NCBI RefSeq assembly: GCF_963921235.1
Contig: NC_086108.1
Span: forward strand, 92,816,001-92,880,000
Length of the DNA stretch: 64,000 nucleotides
Source: Mobula hypostoma
Taxonomy: Eukaryota
Reading direction: 5' to 3'
Shown piece after piece: positions 61,422-64,000 of this stretch (position 1 is the first letter of the stretch; each line of letters starts with the position of its first letter). Below the pieces are notes generated by a model. It searched no databases, had not been told where the DNA came from, and saw only the letters and a program-made list of their open reading frames with translations. The position numbers and the translations under genes were made by a program.

Positions 61422-61840
61422 TACTCAGTGGCCACTTTAACAGGAACTTCCTGTACCTATAAATTGGCCACTACTGGTCTTCTACTGCTGTAGTTTATAA
61501 ACTTCAAAGTTTTGATGTGTTGTGCATTCAGAAATGCTCCTCTGCACAGCACGGTTGTTATTTGAGTTACTGTCACCTTCCTGCCAGCTAGAACCAGTCT
61601 AGCCATTTTCCTCTGACCTCTCTCATTAACAAGGTATTATCGCCTGCAGAACTGCTTTTGTTTATTTCACCATTCTCTGTAAACCCTAGAGACCGTTGTG
61701 CGCGAAAATCCCAGAAGATCAACAGTTTCTGCAATACTCAAACCACCCCATTTAGCACCAACAATCATTCCATGATCAAAGTCATGTCGATCACATTTCT
61801 TCCCCGTTCTGATGTTCGGTCTGAACAACAACTGCACCTC
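61422..61840 (-). mobile_element. Tc1/mariner fragment
   Basis: TIR tactcagtggccacttt. ORF 61667-61906 contains GKKCDRHDFDHGMIVGAKWGGLSIAETVDLLGFSRTTVSRVYREW. Confidence 0.8.
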
Positions 61841-62419
61841 CTGGATGGAAAGGGTATGGAGAGTTACGGCCCAGTTGTGGGTTGACGGAACCAGACAGAA
61901 TAACATTTTGCCTCAAACTAAATGGGCTGAAAAGCCTGTTTCTGTGCTGCCGTCCAACACATCCTGCTGTGGTTATTTTTCTATGATGGTGGAGGAACCC
62001 AAGGTGTCCAGATGAACGATCCTGACCAGAAATATTGACTGTCCATTTCCCTCCATCGATACTGCTGACGTGCTGAGTTCCTCCATCATTTTGTGTGTTG
62101 TCCCAACCCACCGTGATTCCCTTTTCTCACACCATGAATTCACCATTCCACCCCTCGAATTTTCTCCTTCGCTCTCTGTGGTCCCGTTTCTTTCAACTAC
62201 AAGGGGACCTGTGCAACTGTCACTTTAACAGGGGGCAGCACATGAATGCAGTGGGAGCTGTGTACACACACAAGAGCTTGCAACAGCTTTAATGGGAGAA
62301 AACCCTCAAACTTGATGTCTCAATGCTCCAATTACTTTTGTTGTGAAGGCCGATTTGGAATCAGAGCAAAACATAACTCCACTAAACTAAATCAGATTTT
62401 TATACCAGAAGTTATATTC

Positions 62420-63782
62420 AGGAAAACACACAAAACGCTGGAGGAACTCAGCAGGCCAGGCAGCATCTGCGGAAAAGATGTTTCAGGCCAGGATCCTTCA
62501 TTGGGACTGGAAAAAGAAAGAAGAAAAGTCAGAGTAAGAATGTGGGGGGGGGGGGGAGGAGGGAGGAAGAAGTACAAGGTGGTAGGTGATAGGTGAAAGT
62601 GGGGGAGGGGGAGAAGTGAACTAAACCTTTACCAAACCTATTCTATTTCTTTTTAGTATATGTTGAGGGGAGCGGAGTCAACGACACTAATGGTTCTTTT
62701 TTTTTACGTTTCACAACAGCCCATGTCTTTTTTTTCCTGTAGTTTAGTTGGTTAGTCTTGTTAGATTAGTTTTTTTGGGGGGTATATATATTTTTTTCTT
62801 TTTTTCCTTTTTCATGTTAATTTGTTTATATATAATATTTGTATCCTGTAAGATTGGGAGGTTTAATATCCATGTACTGGGTTTATATTTATATATGATA
62901 ATTACAACAATGTAATCCCAATAACTTTGTATGATTACTATGTTATGTTAATCTTTATCATTATGACACTAATAAAAAGATTGAAAAAGGAAAAGAGAGG
63001 TGAACTAAAGAGCTGGGAAATAGATTGGTGAAAGAGATAAAGAGCTGCTGAAGAGGGAATTGGATATGAAAGAGTAGAAGACCGTGGAAGAAAGGGAAAA
63101 TGGAGGAACACCAGAGGGAGGTAAATGGGCAGGTAAGGTGATAAGGTGAGAGAGGGAAACAGGAATGGGGAATGGTGAAGGGGGCGGTGCATTACTGGAA
63201 GTTCAAGAAATTGATGTTCATGCCATCAGGTTGGAGACTACCCAGATGGAATATAAGGTGTTGCTTCTTCAACTTGAGTGTGGCCTCGTTGTGGCAGTAG
63301 AGGAGGCCGTGGACTGACATGTCAGAATGGGAAGGGGAACTAGAATTGAAATGGGAGATCACGCTTTTTCTGGCAGTAGGTGCTCAGTGAAGATGTCTCC
63401 TAATCTACGTCGGGTCTCTCTGATATACAGGAGGCCATGCCAGGAGCACTGGATGCACTAGGTGACCCTAACAGACTCACAGGTGAAGTGTCGCCTCACT
63501 TGGAAAGACTGGGGCTTTGAATGGTAGTGAGGGAGGAGGTGTAGGGGCAGGTGTGGCACTTGCATGGGTAAGTACCAGGAGGGAGATCATTGGGGAGGGA
63601 CGAATGGACAAGGGAGTCACGGAGGGAGCGATCCCTGTGGAAAGCCGAAAGTGAGGGTGGAGGGATAAGACTGGTGGTGGGGTCCCGTTGGAGATGGCGG
63701 AAGTTATAGAGAATTATGTGCTGGACGCAGAGGCTAGTGGGGTGGTAGGTGAGGACAAGAGGAACCCTATCTCTAGTGGGAT
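62420..63782 (-). mobile_element. Penelope-like element fragment, interrupted at 62626-62994
   Basis: Homologous to 29767-30875 across the GIY-YIG region and 3' terminus. Confidence 0.83.
62626..62994 (+). mobile_element. L1/Tx1-like LINE 3' UTR
   Basis: T-rich UTR ending AATAAAaagattgaaaaaggaaaa. 15-bp TSD gagaagtgaactaaa / gagaggtgaactaaa (62611-62625 and 62995-63009). Confidence 0.68.
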
Positions 63783-64000
63783 GCTCAGGAACTTCATTAG
63801 AATCATGTAAAACCTCACCACAGGTGAATTAAGACCTTATGACAAATATTTCACATCATCAAGGTAACAAGCACTACATGTGGAAAACAGAAATCTCACC
63901 AGCACCTTCTCTAGGTAAATATTGGCCTAGTCAGCAATGCCCACGTCCCTCAACACTAATGAATCAAAACATCAGCATCTTGCAATTGTTATTCCAGTTT

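Noticed and set aside
1..64000. CRISPR arrays, rRNA genes or prokaryotic operons
   Set aside because: None seen; the sequence is a eukaryotic intron-rich locus.

Overview
Vertebrate genomic DNA, most likely a cartilaginous fish (inferred from HE1/V-SINE-type tRNA SINEs and abundant CR1, Rex1/Babar and Penelope-like elements). The whole window lies inside one minus-strand gene, a choline transporter-like protein best matching SLC44A3. Eight internal coding exons with canonical AG/GT ends and consistent phases can be read (61184-61273, 58076-58200, 54633-54819, 31239-31404, 27845-28001, 20002-20085, 7841-7978, 2698-2934); start and stop codons lie outside the window. The introns are dominated by nested mobile DNA: CR1, Rex1/Babar, an AT-rich Crack/L2-like LINE, Penelope-like elements (GIY-YIG), a rearranged Gypsy element, a solo LTR, Tc1 and hAT MITEs, and SINEs. 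The most striking structure is a spacer-less perfect 300-bp palindrome (8046-8345) flanked by a 14-bp target-site duplication. It is built from a Penelope 3' end, carries a minimal hammerhead ribozyme motif on each strand, and is inserted about 30 nt from an SLC44A3 splice acceptor. Other fold-back, hammerhead-bearing Penelope derivatives occur across the window. All family assignments come from recalled motifs, not database searches.
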